IMG/VR virus record: IMGVR_UViG_3300012157_000001
Location: 64,001-128,000 of that record
Reading direction: 5' to 3' (one strand)
Source: a virus
Lineage: Duplodnaviria > Caudoviricetes
Length of the DNA stretch: 64,000 bases
A program made the translations under genes and the position numbers. The notes under the pieces are model-generated. The model worked only from the letters and a program-made list of their open reading frames with translations, made no database searches and was not told where the DNA came from. Positions within the stretch are counted from its first letter, which is position 1. The number at the start of each line of letters is the position of its first letter. Shown here one piece after another: positions 1 through 9,663 of the stretch.

Positions 1-87
1 GCAGCCCGGTCCTACGGTTCAATCGAGCAAGCCCACCAGAGACTGGTAGCGCTCATTGCGGAAGAGAGCGGCAGCGAGCTGCGCGAG

Positions 88-315
88 TTGGTCGAGTACC
101 TGGGATTCGTCCGCGAAATGCTCGCCGAGCTTTCAGTGGCACTCGTTGAGTTGCACCCCGATAAGGCGCAGTTTCTTCAGATAATCGAGCCACTGGCTTC
201 GGTGGCTCGCGACGGCATGCGGAACAGGCACCTGGCGGACTGGGAGACTCAGACGTTTCGCACGATCGTCGTCAAGGCTCTCGCGGGCGAGACGCCGGAA
301 CCGAAGGAAGGATGA
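88..315 (+). CDS. hypothetical protein, probably 5'-truncated by the window; weak C-terminal tag match (RTIVVKALAGE)
   Basis: frame is open back to the window start and abuts the next ORF. Confidence 0.55.
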   Translation: MVEYLGFVREMLAELSVALVELHPDKAQFLQIIEPLASVARDGMRNRHLADWETQTFRTIVVKALAGETPEPKEG

Positions 316-318
316 GCG

Positions 319-549
319 ATGGAACGAAGGCAGTGCCCATGGTGTACGGACGGAGAGATCCTGCGAGACGACGAGCGCAAGGCAACCGGTCACTCCGATC
401 CGGTCTGCAACGGCTTCATGGACATGCTCAGGGAGTCGAGCGGTTTCGCTCGGATGACAATCGACCTCGTCGACGACGACAACAACGTCGTGGAGAGCTT
501 CCCTACCACTACCGGTCCGCGCGTGGTCGTACCGGAGAAAGACGGGTAG
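319..549 (+). CDS. small CxxC hypothetical protein
   Basis: CPWC motif; AAGGA upstream; packed in operon. Confidence 0.6.
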   Translation: MERRQCPWCTDGEILRDDERKATGHSDPVCNGFMDMLRESSGFARMTIDLVDDDNNVVESFPTTTGPRVVVPEKDG

Positions 550-553
550 CCCG

Positions 554-781
554 ATGCGCGTCAAATTCGACGCTGGTGGCGAGATGACGGCGCGCGACGT
601 GTTCGCGATCTCGCTCCTGCTGAAGGAGCGCAAGCTGGAGGACGGACAGGAGGCTACCCGGCTTGACCTCGCTCGGCTGCTGGAGTGCACGCATGAGGGG
701 GGCGATCAAATGAAGTTCCATGCTGGCGCGGAGATGACGGTACGCGACGTACTGGCTATCCAGCGGCTGCTGGAGGAATAG
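554..781 (+). CDS. hypothetical protein with internal duplication
   Basis: KFDAGGEMTARDVFAISLLL vs KFHAGAEMTVRDVLAIQRLL. Confidence 0.7.
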   Translation: MRVKFDAGGEMTARDVFAISLLLKERKLEDGQEATRLDLARLLECTHEGGDQMKFHAGAEMTVRDVLAIQRLLEE

Positions 782-978
782 GAAAGGAACGAAAGTTTTG
801 CGCAACGAGATTCATGTGGATGTGGACGACTGGTCGGTGTTCCGATTGGCACAGCTTCGAGAGCAACGTGAGCCAGCTGGGCTGCGCATCGTCATCGACG
901 AAGACAGGCGCGTCACTGATCTCTACATCGTGCGCGCTGACGGTACGATCGAGCGCCAGCCAGAAAGGTAAACGGCGG

Positions 979-1293
979 ATGGACCCTCGCAAGTTCGCCC
1001 GTCCACGTACTCCGCACATGCGATCGTGGCGACTGCATGTTGCTCTCATGGCGGACCGCATCGAGCGTCGAATCGGTGAACGGCTCACGGACGACGAAGT
1101 AGATCGGCTCTCGCTCGCTGGTGACCCGCTCGTGCTCCGGGAAACGTGGTTTCATTGCGGCGGATATCTCGTGGTCGAAGACGGTCGCCTTCGTCTCTCG
1201 CGGGAGCTGCGTCGCCGAGAGCCGGCACACCACAGCGTACTTCGCCGGGACGCAAATGAGCCATTTCCCCGCCCCGCGCGGCGCCGCCGTTGA
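979..1293 (+). CDS. hypothetical protein
   Basis: ATG after AAAGGT; operon packing. Confidence 0.5.
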   Translation: MDPRKFARPRTPHMRSWRLHVALMADRIERRIGERLTDDEVDRLSLAGDPLVLRETWFHCGGYLVVEDGRLRLSRELRRREPAHHSVLRRDANEPFPRPARRRR

Positions 1294-1328
1294 CAGCACT
1301 GCTGTCGCCTGATAGGAGGAACAGATAT

Positions 1329-1676
1329 ATGGTCACGCCAACATCGCAGATGAACCTCGACTGGGAGAACGCTCGGGAGGGCGCCAAGGCTCGGGACCGG
1401 GCGATAGACCAGGTGGAGCGCGGCACCGGCGAGTGGCAGGTCGAGGCGCTCAATGCAATCCGAAGCGTTGCGGCGTCCAAGCCGGAGCTGACCACCGACG
1501 ACGTGTGGCGCGCGCTCGGACGCGACCCCGAAGTCGAAGGGCGAGCCATGGGCGCGGCGATGCGGCACGCGGCGAAGCTCGGGCTGATCGAGCGCACGGA
1601 CCGGACGGCGCGGAGCCTGCGCGTGGCGTGTCACCGACGCGACCTGCGCGTCTGGAGGTCGAAAATCCACCGCTGA
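1329..1676 (+). CDS. phage protein, possible winged-helix DNA binder
   Basis: strong RBS AGGAGGA; TTDDVW...RAMGAAM...GLIE pattern. Confidence 0.65.
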   Translation: MVTPTSQMNLDWENAREGAKARDRAIDQVERGTGEWQVEALNAIRSVAASKPELTTDDVWRALGRDPEVEGRAMGAAMRHAAKLGLIERTDRTARSLRVACHRRDLRVWRSKIHR

Positions 1677-1690
1677 AGAGGGAGGCTGGT

Positions 1691-1999
1691 ATGAGCGCCG
1701 AAAGGGACATGAAGTACATGGACGTGATCGATCTGCTCGCACAGACGGCGCTCGGTCGCCTGAACGCGGCCGCGAAGAAAGTTCGATCAAGGGCCGGCGA
1801 GGGTCTCCACGACGAAATGGTCAAGCTGCTGACCGAGGCCCACGCGGCCGGAAAGCGTGAGGCGCTCGAAACGGTCGATGCGGTGCGGGTGGGAGTCGTG
1901 CCGAATTTCACCGAGGAACAGATAGCGGCTCACGAGGGAATCCTGGCGATGGCTCGCCGAATCCTGCTCGGAAAGGACGAGGCTGGTGCGCCTGCGTGA
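1691..1999 (+). CDS. hypothetical protein
   Basis: GGAGG RBS, ATG at 1691. Confidence 0.65.
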   Translation: MSAERDMKYMDVIDLLAQTALGRLNAAAKKVRSRAGEGLHDEMVKLLTEAHAAGKREALETVDAVRVGVVPNFTEEQIAAHEGILAMARRILLGKDEAGAPA

Positions 2000-2267
2000 C
2001 GCCATTCCAGTTCGCCACGAGCGTTCGGATGCCTTCGTGAAAGGGGCGCGTGGCTGCAGCATCGAGCAGGTGCGGAGCCCGGTGTACGCCGTGAGCCCAG
2101 CGGCGACGGAGCTTCGCGAGCGGCGCGTGCGGGCCAGCGTATCGCTGCGCGACGCCGCGTCACGCGCTGGCATCAGAGCGGTCGAGTGGTCCGGCGTCGA
2201 GCGTGGGCGACTGGTGCCAGAGTCTACGGCGGACTGGGACGTGCTGAGAAAGGCGATTGCAACATGA
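1986..2267 (+). CDS. XRE-like helix-turn-helix protein
   Basis: LRERRVRASVSLRDAASRAGIRAVEWSGVERG fits the Cro/C1 HTH pattern. Confidence 0.7.
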   Translation: MRLRDAIPVRHERSDAFVKGARGCSIEQVRSPVYAVSPAATELRERRVRASVSLRDAASRAGIRAVEWSGVERGRLVPESTADWDVLRKAIAT

Positions 2268-2686
2268 GTGGAGACGAATGCAACCACTGCTGGGACGCGA
2301 ACGGAGACGGGATCCGATGCTGCGTCTTCTGCGGGGTGACAGACGAAAGGGACCGAACGGAGAAGGTAGTGAACGCGCAGGTCGAGGAGTTTGAGCGCAG
2401 TACCGGCGACGGCGCGTACGAATGGTCGATTCCTACGCATCCGGATCCCGACGGCACCCCGTTCAGAGTCTTCGTGTCGATCGACCCGGAGATTGCCAGG
2501 CTCATCTGCGTGGAGGAGGCGAAGGTCACGAGCGTGAACCCGGGAGCCCGTAGGCTCGAAGTGGAGCCGGCCGAGCGACGCAGGATCAACATCACGATCG
2601 GCGAAGCGCGGTGGCTGCTGACCTCGCTGCCGAAGGCTATCGCGAAGATCGAGGCCGAGTGGGCCAGAGACGAGGAGTCGACTTGA
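2264..2686 (+). CDS. hypothetical Cys-rich protein
   Basis: ATGA overlap; CNHC and CVFC. Confidence 0.6.
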   Translation: MSGDECNHCWDANGDGIRCCVFCGVTDERDRTEKVVNAQVEEFERSTGDGAYEWSIPTHPDPDGTPFRVFVSIDPEIARLICVEEAKVTSVNPGARRLEVEPAERRRINITIGEARWLLTSLPKAIAKIEAEWARDEEST

Positions 2687-2937
2687 CCGAACCAGCCGCA
2701 CGCGAATGGCAAATGATTTTCCTGGTCGCGCAGCACGACGGGCCCGGATGGCAGCCCCCGTACATCCTCGAACGCGAGGCCTGGCACCTGCCAGAGCATA
2801 AGTGTTGGAACGTCAACGTTCGCGAGCCAGCGTGCCGAACGCGCTCGATTCAATCCGTTCCGGAGGAGAAAGTCTACCTAACGCGCGAAGCGGCGGAGCC
2901 GCGGCTGCAGGAAGTGCTTCGCGAGAAGGGCGGATGA
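2683..2937 (+). CDS. hypothetical protein
   Basis: TTGA overlap; GAGGAG RBS. Confidence 0.55.
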   Translation: MTEPAAREWQMIFLVAQHDGPGWQPPYILEREAWHLPEHKCWNVNVREPACRTRSIQSVPEEKVYLTREAAEPRLQEVLREKGG

Positions 2938-3416
2938 TGACGAGCACACCGGCACGTTTCGCAACCTACACCGAGGACGGCGGCGAATGGGTCGTCAGGG
3001 TCCTCGCGGATGAAGTGCGCGAGCGCGCCGGGGGTAAGTTTCGGACCGTTCACCTCCTATGCGTTCGGGAGATCCGGAGGAGTCCGCGCTGCGGTTCGAT
3101 TCCGGAGGGCAACGAGTGGCAGTCGGACGAGCGCATCGGTTACGAGGGCGCCGCCGGTTGGACGCTGAGGTACCAGCCAGCTGACAAGGCCGATGTCATC
3201 CACGTGTGCCTCTGGTCGAGCCAGCCGGACATTCTGATCGCCTGCGACCACTCGTGGACGACGCCGAAGTGGGGCGACGCCAAGACGGGCACCGACGACG
3301 TCTTCTGGACTGACGACGGTCGCCGGTACACGTTCGATGAGAATCTGACGAACTGCGCGAAGTGTCTGGAGACGCTGGCCGATCCGGAGAAGCGGATGAA
3401 AGCAGGGACGCCGTGA
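2934..3416 (+). CDS. hypothetical protein
   Basis: ATGA overlap. Confidence 0.6.
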   Translation: MMTSTPARFATYTEDGGEWVVRVLADEVRERAGGKFRTVHLLCVREIRRSPRCGSIPEGNEWQSDERIGYEGAAGWTLRYQPADKADVIHVCLWSSQPDILIACDHSWTTPKWGDAKTGTDDVFWTDDGRRYTFDENLTNCAKCLETLADPEKRMKAGTP

Positions 3417-3622
3417 AGAACCCGGAGGCCATGAAAGCCTGGGACCTCCTGCGCGGCGGAACCGTCGTTGATACGGTGTTCTTCGTCGAGAGCATGGATC
3501 GGGCGCAAGTCGGGCTTGCGCTCGAACACGACGGTTACGTCCGTGGCGCTTTCAGCGCTCACCCAGCTGAGGAGCGACGTGGGCGGATGCCTCACGACAG
3601 GGCCGTAAGGTGGTCAAGATGA
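3413..3622 (+). CDS. hypothetical protein with N-terminal tag variant (EAMKAWDLLRG)
   Basis: GTGA overlap. Confidence 0.55.
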   Translation: MKNPEAMKAWDLLRGGTVVDTVFFVESMDRAQVGLALEHDGYVRGAFSAHPAEERRGRMPHDRAVRWSR

Positions 3623-4086
3623 AGCGCGAGACCGAACCGACGCAAGCCACTGTGCGCGAAGTCTACGGAGAGCTCGTGCTCGATGATCCGGCGGCGCTCA
3701 GTGTCGCGCGCGCAGTCGGAAAGCACAATTGTCGAGCCACGGCCGAGTTGAACGCCGACCGGATCGTGCACTTCACCCGGCGCATCGCCGAACGTGGCCT
3801 ATCCGCAAAGGACGCTCTGATCGTGATCATCAACATGGACGACCAGTTCGGCTCCGACGTGGGCGATGCGCTCATGCCGGGGCACGACTGGCAGGCGCAT
3901 CGAGACCGTGGGGAAGTGCCCTTTGCTCGCGGGCTCGCCGGCAGAGAGGGAATTCAGGGAGTCCTCGACGGGGTCGACCCGGAAGCAGCGACCAAGCTGC
4001 GAGGGCTGGCAACGGCAGTCGTGGTGTTCGACCACGGCACGGTCGAGGTATTTGACGCCGCGTCGATTGCTGGAGGAGCTCAGTGA
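3619..4086 (+). CDS. hypothetical protein
   Basis: ATGA overlap; typical codon usage. Confidence 0.65.
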   Translation: MKRETEPTQATVREVYGELVLDDPAALSVARAVGKHNCRATAELNADRIVHFTRRIAERGLSAKDALIVIINMDDQFGSDVGDALMPGHDWQAHRDRGEVPFARGLAGREGIQGVLDGVDPEAATKLRGLATAVVVFDHGTVEVFDAASIAGGAQ

Positions 4087-4442
4087 CCCCTGCTCAGTCC
4101 AAGATAGACCGCGAGCTATGGGTCCGGTTCATGGAGAAGCTCATCGAGCAAACCGAGAGCGGCATATTGTCGTGGGAGATGCGCTACACGGGCGAGTACG
4201 CCCGATACGCAGTGTGCGTCATTCTCGACCGGCAGGTGTGGTTCCGTGCGCTGGATTCGCAGGTGGAGGTTGTTGAACCGAACGGTATGCGCTGGACGGT
4301 CCTTGACACCCTAGACACTGAAACCACCAAGCTGTGGCGCATCAAACGACTGCAGCGGGCAATCAGCGCAAGCGTGTCGCCGGAGCACGCCGATCGCGTG
4401 CAGCAGTTTGCGCGCGAGTTTCTAGGCGAGGTGCCCCCGTGA
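4083..4442 (+). CDS. hypothetical protein
   Basis: GGAGGAG RBS; GTGA overlap. Confidence 0.65.
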   Translation: MTPAQSKIDRELWVRFMEKLIEQTESGILSWEMRYTGEYARYAVCVILDRQVWFRALDSQVEVVEPNGMRWTVLDTLDTETTKLWRIKRLQRAISASVSPEHADRVQQFAREFLGEVPP

Positions 4443-4693
4443 GCCGCTGCCCTTCATGCGGCCAGGTCATTGAGACCGAACGCGACAAGGCGAACAGGGA
4501 CGTCTTCGTCTGGACGTCAGTGTCCGTGTTGTTCATCGGCTCCGCGCTCGCGGCTGCGACCTGGACGTTTGCGTGGTGGATCGACCGCAAGGACATGCTC
4601 TGCATCCAATTGATCCTCGTCGCCGTTACGGCCTGGCACTGGGTGCGATTCATTCGGGTCCGGAGGCGGACGGACCGCGGAACTGCGCCATGA
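4439..4693 (+). CDS. small membrane protein with N-terminal CxxC
   Basis: CPSCG followed by two hydrophobic segments. Confidence 0.6.
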   Translation: MSRCPSCGQVIETERDKANRDVFVWTSVSVLFIGSALAAATWTFAWWIDRKDMLCIQLILVAVTAWHWVRFIRVRRRTDRGTAP

Positions 4694-4868
4694 AGGTGAT
4701 GCTGCGCTCGCCCCCGTGGCTTCAATCGGTAAGGGCAACGCTGCTCCGCGGCGTGTGCGCTTTAGTTGGGCATCGCCCTGTAGCCTTGGAGAGCGAGCGG
4801 CACGAGCTCGACCAGACACCGCGATGGCGCTTCCGATGCGGCGACTGTGGAAGGAGGTACTGGTGGCC

Positions 4869-5069
4869 ATGAACGACGCGAAGCGACCCGCAAGTGCACC
4901 GGAGCGGATGTGGATCGTGTTGAGCTCGAATGCCGAGCGGCACATCATCGAAAAGGAACCGATCGAAGGGATCCAGCAGTGGGCCGCCGGACAGAAGGGC
5001 ATCACCGTCATCGAGTACGACTTCAAGGCAGTCGTCTACCATGCGCCGGCCGCAGCGCCGAAAAAGTGA
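4869..5069 (+). CDS. hypothetical protein
   Basis: AGGAGG RBS; ATGA overlap. Confidence 0.6.
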   Translation: MNDAKRPASAPERMWIVLSSNAERHIIEKEPIEGIQQWAAGQKGITVIEYDFKAVVYHAPAAAPKK

Positions 5070-5091
5070 GACCGCGGCAGCCGCGCGTGTC

Positions 5092-5457
5092 ATGTCCGAG
5101 CAGCGCCGGGCATTCCTTGCGCTCCAAGGCAAGACGTTTCCACGCATCGGGGACAGAGGTCGCTACATCCACAACGAGATCGACCTCGGAGCGACGCGCC
5201 CGAGCGATGAGCGGACGGAGGCCGCGGTCGTTGTGCTCGCCGTTTCCGTGAGCGGTCTCACGGTGACCGTGCGCTTTGCGGAGCGATGGTCTCGCGTTCG
5301 TTTCTGCCGAAGGCCGTTCTGCATCCATCGCCGCGGCAACGGAGCCGACGGCAGCGGCTGGTACCTGCCGTGCACCAGCAAACCAACCACTCGGCGCCTC
5401 ACGGGAGAGGTTCTATTCACTCCAGGTGACCCCGTCTTGCCGTGGAGTCTCGCGTGA
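5092..5457 (+). CDS. tag family A paralog 1 (MSEQRRAFLALQGKTFPRIGDRG)
   Basis: N-terminus shared with the next three genes. Confidence 0.75.
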   Translation: MSEQRRAFLALQGKTFPRIGDRGRYIHNEIDLGATRPSDERTEAAVVVLAVSVSGLTVTVRFAERWSRVRFCRRPFCIHRRGNGADGSGWYLPCTSKPTTRRLTGEVLFTPGDPVLPWSLA

Positions 5458-5870
5458 GCTCGCGGCGCTCGATGTCCGAACGGCAGCGTGTTCTCTTTGC
5501 GCTCCAGGGCAAGCGCTTCCCGCGAGAAGGGGAAATCGGGCTCTACACGGGGCGCGAGCGAATCGAACGTATCAGTCAACTCGGGGTCTGCTTCCCGGAC
5601 TCCGCGCGCGTGTACGCCCGGGTCGAGGTCGTCCGCTTGTCGCCGACTGGGCAGACGCTCTGGACTAGGTTCTTGACCGATGTTGCGCGGGCGCGATGGG
5701 GCACCGATGTACACCGGTGGTGGCGCTACCCGAACGAGCACTATCGGGTCGTAGTAGAAGGCAATGAGGTTCTGTACGCGGCTGGCTTCGATGCCAAGCG
5801 GGCGCCGCAGGGAGAAGTCAGCTTTCCGCGTGTTGGCTCGTGGCTCGTCGTGCCGAAGGACGCACTCTGA
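5454..5870 (+). CDS. tag family A paralog 2
   Basis: MSERQRVLFALQGKRFPREG...VEVVRLSPTGQTLWTRF. Confidence 0.75.
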   Translation: MSSRRSMSERQRVLFALQGKRFPREGEIGLYTGRERIERISQLGVCFPDSARVYARVEVVRLSPTGQTLWTRFLTDVARARWGTDVHRWWRYPNEHYRVVVEGNEVLYAAGFDAKRAPQGEVSFPRVGSWLVVPKDAL

Positions 5871-6181
5871 TGGCCCGCGGCATGTCCGAGCGCCGTCGCG
5901 CCTTTCTGGCGTTGCAGGGCGAGAGGTTCCCTCGCATCGGGCAGCGTGGTTGGTGGTCGGGTCCGCGAAGTGAGATCACTCGTCGTTCGCCGCGGGCCGC
6001 CGTGGAGGTCGTTTGCCTTTCGGCGAGCGGCAAGACGATCTGGACCAGGTTCGTATCGGCCCACTCGCGAGAGCGATTCGGTAAGGAGTCGCATCGGTGG
6101 TGGCTCAGCGGTCATGGCCCGCACAACATCGCCTACTGTTCCTTCGGCAACGACCTGTACGGCACGGTCTGGTTCAAGTGA
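5870..6181 (+). CDS. tag family A paralog 3
   Basis: MSERRRAFLALQGERFPRIG...VEVVCLSASGKTIWTRF. Confidence 0.75.
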   Translation: MARGMSERRRAFLALQGERFPRIGQRGWWSGPRSEITRRSPRAAVEVVCLSASGKTIWTRFVSAHSRERFGKESHRWWLSGHGPHNIAYCSFGNDLYGTVWFK

Positions 6182-6513
6182 GCAAGCCCCGCACGATGTC
6201 CGAGAAGACGCGCGCGTTCTTCGCGCTGCGCGGCGACGTGTACCCGCGCGAAGGCGACCGCGGCATCTTCTCTGAGGGATTCGCCGGTATCATCGACGCC
6301 GAGTTCAGCGACGACAAGCAACGCACCGTCGAGGTACGGCGCGTCTCCGCGACCGGACATCGAATCTGGACTCGATTTGTGCATCCAGACGGACAGCGCC
6401 GATTCGGGGAAGGGATGCTCGAACACCGGTGGCTGCGCTCCGAGAACTACGTCTACTACAGCACCGGCTCGAACGCGCCGATCGGCGAGGTTCGTTTCCG
6501 AGCGATGCGCTGA
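6178..6513 (+). CDS. tag family A paralog 4
   Basis: MSEKTRAFFALRGDVYPREG...VEVRRVSATGHRIWTRF. Confidence 0.75.
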   Translation: MSKPRTMSEKTRAFFALRGDVYPREGDRGIFSEGFAGIIDAEFSDDKQRTVEVRRVSATGHRIWTRFVHPDGQRRFGEGMLEHRWLRSENYVYYSTGSNAPIGEVRFRAMR

Positions 6514-6530
6514 GAAAAGGGCAACCAAGA

Positions 6531-6755
6531 ATGGCACGCAAATACATCGGAACGACCGCTACGGAGCAGCTCATCATTGGGTGCGCGGTGTCGTGGGCGA
6601 TGCTGGTACGCCGCGGAGCGCCGCGCGCGTTAATTCGATCGATCGAGGACATGTTGCTAGACGCCGTAGAGGCCTGGCAGAGGGAGGGTATGGCGGCTCT
6701 CGCGCGGCACCCGCACGTCAAGCCGGTGCCACGGAAGCGCAGGCGCAAGCGGTGA
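6531..6755 (+). CDS. hypothetical protein with basic C-terminus
   Basis: ATG after purine-rich spacer. Confidence 0.55.
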   Translation: MARKYIGTTATEQLIIGCAVSWAMLVRRGAPRALIRSIEDMLLDAVEAWQREGMAALARHPHVKPVPRKRRRKR

Positions 6756-7085
6756 CCGAGCGTACCGTGTTACGCTAAGGGTGACGGTCTGGTTCCGGAC
6801 AGGCTGCAAGGACGCCAGAGCTGGCACAGATGCCAGGGCGGCCAGAGGCGCCACCGCCGCTGGTTCTGCCGGTGACGCGAGTGGCAGCACCCGTCCGGCA
6901 CGGGGCGTGCTACTATCCGGTGGCATGGCAATCACGGATACCACTGTCGAGGCTCCTGCCTGGCATGCAGTCCTACGCGAAGAGGTGGCGAGAGCAACGG
7001 CGACGCTCCGGTTCCGGTGGATGGCGCTCCAGTGGTTCACGGGGGTACGCGCCACGGGCTTTATCCGGACGGACAGGTGGCCACT

Positions 7086-7361
7086 GTGAGCGCTTGCAGC
7101 CGAACTAGCTGCGCGGGCGCCCACGGCGAAGGCGGCACGGCGGCGGATCCGGATCACATCGTCCTTCACTCGCACGAGCGACGGGACGGACGCCTGAAGC
7201 GTCACCGGTGGGCCGCGAACAACGGCGACCGCTGCGCGGACTGCGGCCTGAACCGCGAAGGCGCGGGCCACGGCCCATACGGCGCGATGCGGTACTACTT
7301 CGACAGCGGCAAGGGCTACGACTACAAGGCGCCGCCGTGCGTGCAGGAGGGAAGCAGGTGA
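7086..7361 (+). CDS. hypothetical Cys/His-rich protein
   Basis: GTGA overlap; HRW...CADCG. Confidence 0.55.
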   Translation: MSACSRTSCAGAHGEGGTAADPDHIVLHSHERRDGRLKRHRWAANNGDRCADCGLNREGAGHGPYGAMRYYFDSGKGYDYKAPPCVQEGSR

Positions 7362-7618
7362 CGCGCTACATCGACACCGAGAACGGCACGCCGGGCAACG
7401 CGCTGCATTGGACGATGCAGCCGCTGGACGCCGACGTCGTCGCAGTACTCCAGAGAATCGACGAGACAGGACGGCTCCGCGAGCGGGACCGGTTCAACAT
7501 CGCGTATCTCGTGGCCCGCGGTTGTCTCCACGTGGACGTCGACGCCGAGCCGATGACGTTCAAGATCACCCAGAAGGGCTACGATGCTCTCGCGTTCTAC
7601 GTGGAAACGGTGACATGA
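7358..7618 (+). CDS. possible winged-helix protein
   Basis: YLVARGCL...FKITQKG pattern. Confidence 0.5.
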   Translation: MTRYIDTENGTPGNALHWTMQPLDADVVAVLQRIDETGRLRERDRFNIAYLVARGCLHVDVDAEPMTFKITQKGYDALAFYVETVT

Positions 7619-7887
7619 CGAACCTCGATGAGCTGAACAGGGCCGTGACGGCCGCGATTCTGGAGGCCGAGGGGCTCGAACGACGCGGCGAGGATGCCCA
7701 GCAGGCCTACTTGAAGGTGGCGATGGTAGAGGCGGATATCTCTGCCGCGACGACGCCGGATACGCTGGAAGGTCAGCTCGCGCGGCTCGGCGCCATCAGG
7801 GCCGCGCTCAAGGCAGGCGAGGCCTCCGTGGCGCTCGCTCTCGTCGAGGCCCAGTACGCCGAGCGCGCCGGCAAGGAGCCGCTTTAG
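7615..7887 (+). CDS. hypothetical helical protein
   Basis: ATGA overlap. Confidence 0.6.
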   Translation: MTNLDELNRAVTAAILEAEGLERRGEDAQQAYLKVAMVEADISAATTPDTLEGQLARLGAIRAALKAGEASVALALVEAQYAERAGKEPL

Positions 7888-8255
7888 CGGTCCTTTTTCG
7901 GCAGCGGGATCCCTAGCCCAGGCTTGGTCTGCGGGCGCCGTGGTTCCTCGACCGGTTCGAACCGCGTCTCCTCCGTGACGGTGACGGCCCGCAGATCTTT
8001 GATGCTGATGGCCCGGGGCGTCTTGTCCGGGTCCGTCGACAGCGAGGCGCGAAGTCGCCTTTTGATGACGCGCAGGTCGTTTTCGAGCATGGGGAGCTTG
8101 TCGAATAGGGCCGCTATTTCCCTCAGTTCGGTTGCAAGTGAGATCCGCCGCGGTTTGTCATCCTCCTCGGCCCCAAAGGCTCCAAGCATCGATACGAGCC
8201 CCTCTAGCTCCTCGACCGTCTTGATCGTCGCCCCGATGAGCGCATCCACCTCCAT
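7884..8255 (-). CDS. hypothetical protein on the opposite strand (start may lie further upstream)
   Basis: coiled-coil-like natural sequence; converges on the previous gene; fills a gap with no good + ORF. Confidence 0.55.
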   Translation of the reverse strand: MEVDALIGATIKTVEELEGLVSMLGAFGAEEDDKPRRISLATELREIAALFDKLPMLENDLRVIKRRLRASLSTDPDKTPRAISIKDLRAVTVTEETRFEPVEEPRRPQTKPGLGIPLPKKDR

Positions 8256-8866
8256 GGCCTTTCTCGATGCGGACACAACCGAGTCTACCGCGCGGGGCAA
8301 GATGCCGCGCGTTTTGCGCAATGGTTCCGCGGGCCAACGCTGGTACCGGAATCGGCACCTCTCGCTTTCAAATCTTACCGCGGCTGCGACATGGTCAGCA
8401 TGGAAGACGACTTCGAAGACGAGCCGGCGCTCACGCCGGCCGAAGCGGAGCTGAAGGACAGGGCCATCCAGCGCACGCACGCGCTCGCTTACGCGCTCCT
8501 GGAGGCGCCGCCGGGCAGTTTCTGGAACCTCCGGCTCCACCGCCGGCCAGAGTGGCGCCCGGGCGTCCTGCACTGAAAGCGCCTTGGTCCGAAACCCGAA
8601 CGCGAGCGCGATGCCCGGCGTACGGGTTCCCGGCGTAATTGAGCGGGCTCGCAGCGGCGGATCGAGCATGATTACTGCGCCGCCTGGCCGATTTCGCACC
8701 GTCACCGAATGCGTGGACCTATTGGAGCCTGGCGACGAGATTCGGGCCGGTTCCGCGCGTCCTCCGACGGAGGCGCCAACGGCACGTGTGGCGCCGGCCA
8801 AGGCGCGCCATTCGGTATAGCACTGACTACGCAGGGGGGCGCAATAGTGTTACGGTCGAGCTCACT

Positions 8867-9280
8867 GTGCCACGCCGGAGCCGCGACTACGAGCAGGCTG
8901 CCCTCGACTTGGGGACCTTCCGCGTGGATTCCCAGGGGCGCGTGTGGCGCGTTCGGCACTACGGTAAGCCCTGCGCGCCGAGCCGGGCGGACGGCGTCCA
9001 GGGCGACGGCTACCGGTCCGTCTACCTGCGCCTCGACGCTCGTCGCGTCCGCGTGCTTGCCCACCGGCTCGTATACGTGGCCCTCATCGGGGCGATCCCC
9101 GACGGCTGGGTCGTCCGGCACCGCAACCGCAACCGGGCCGAGAATCACCCATCGAACCTTTTGCTCGTGCCCCCGTCGTTCAGTCTCCGGCCCGGCGCTG
9201 CTGCCACTGGCGCCGCCGCCGCCACTGGTGTATCTGGTCGGAGTGGCGGCTCTGACATCTCGGTCGCCACGGACGAATAG
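8867..9280 (+). CDS. HNH endonuclease (HNH_3-like)
   Basis: GYRSVYL...AHRLVYVALIGAIPDGWVVRHRNRNRAENHPSNL. Confidence 0.85.
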   Translation: MPRRSRDYEQAALDLGTFRVDSQGRVWRVRHYGKPCAPSRADGVQGDGYRSVYLRLDARRVRVLAHRLVYVALIGAIPDGWVVRHRNRNRAENHPSNLLLVPPSFSLRPGAAATGAAAATGVSGRSGGSDISVATDE

Positions 9281-9324
9281 AAGCGAACCACGGCACGTCC
9301 GACAGGCACAGAAAAGAGGACCCG

Positions 9325-9663
9325 ATGGACGAGGGACTTGAGTTGATCAACCGCTTGGAAGCGCTTGGGCTCCGCGACTGCGAGGTCGACGGCCTCGAAC
9401 GAGTGTCGGTTCCGTTCGAAAGCTTGGACAAGCTGCTCCGTCGCGTGGAGCGCTCGCTGATTGTCGATGACGGCAAAGAGCCCTCGCTTCCGGTTCGCAC
9501 TGACCAGTGGGAAACGCTTGTATGTGTGGGAGAACCGCGGACAGCGGATTCGGACCGACCCTGGTGGCTCCTGCAGGTGGTACCGACAGAGGTCAAGTCA
9601 TGGCCTGGAGAACCACTGAAACCCCAAGCCGTATGCCTGTGGGTTCGTCGGAGGTCGTCCTGA
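9325..9663 (+). CDS. hypothetical protein; N-half similar to 16434..16649
   Basis: RBS GAGGA; RLEALGL...FESLDKLL. Confidence 0.65.
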   Translation: MDEGLELINRLEALGLRDCEVDGLERVSVPFESLDKLLRRVERSLIVDDGKEPSLPVRTDQWETLVCVGEPRTADSDRPWWLLQVVPTEVKSWPGEPLKPQAVCLWVRRRSS

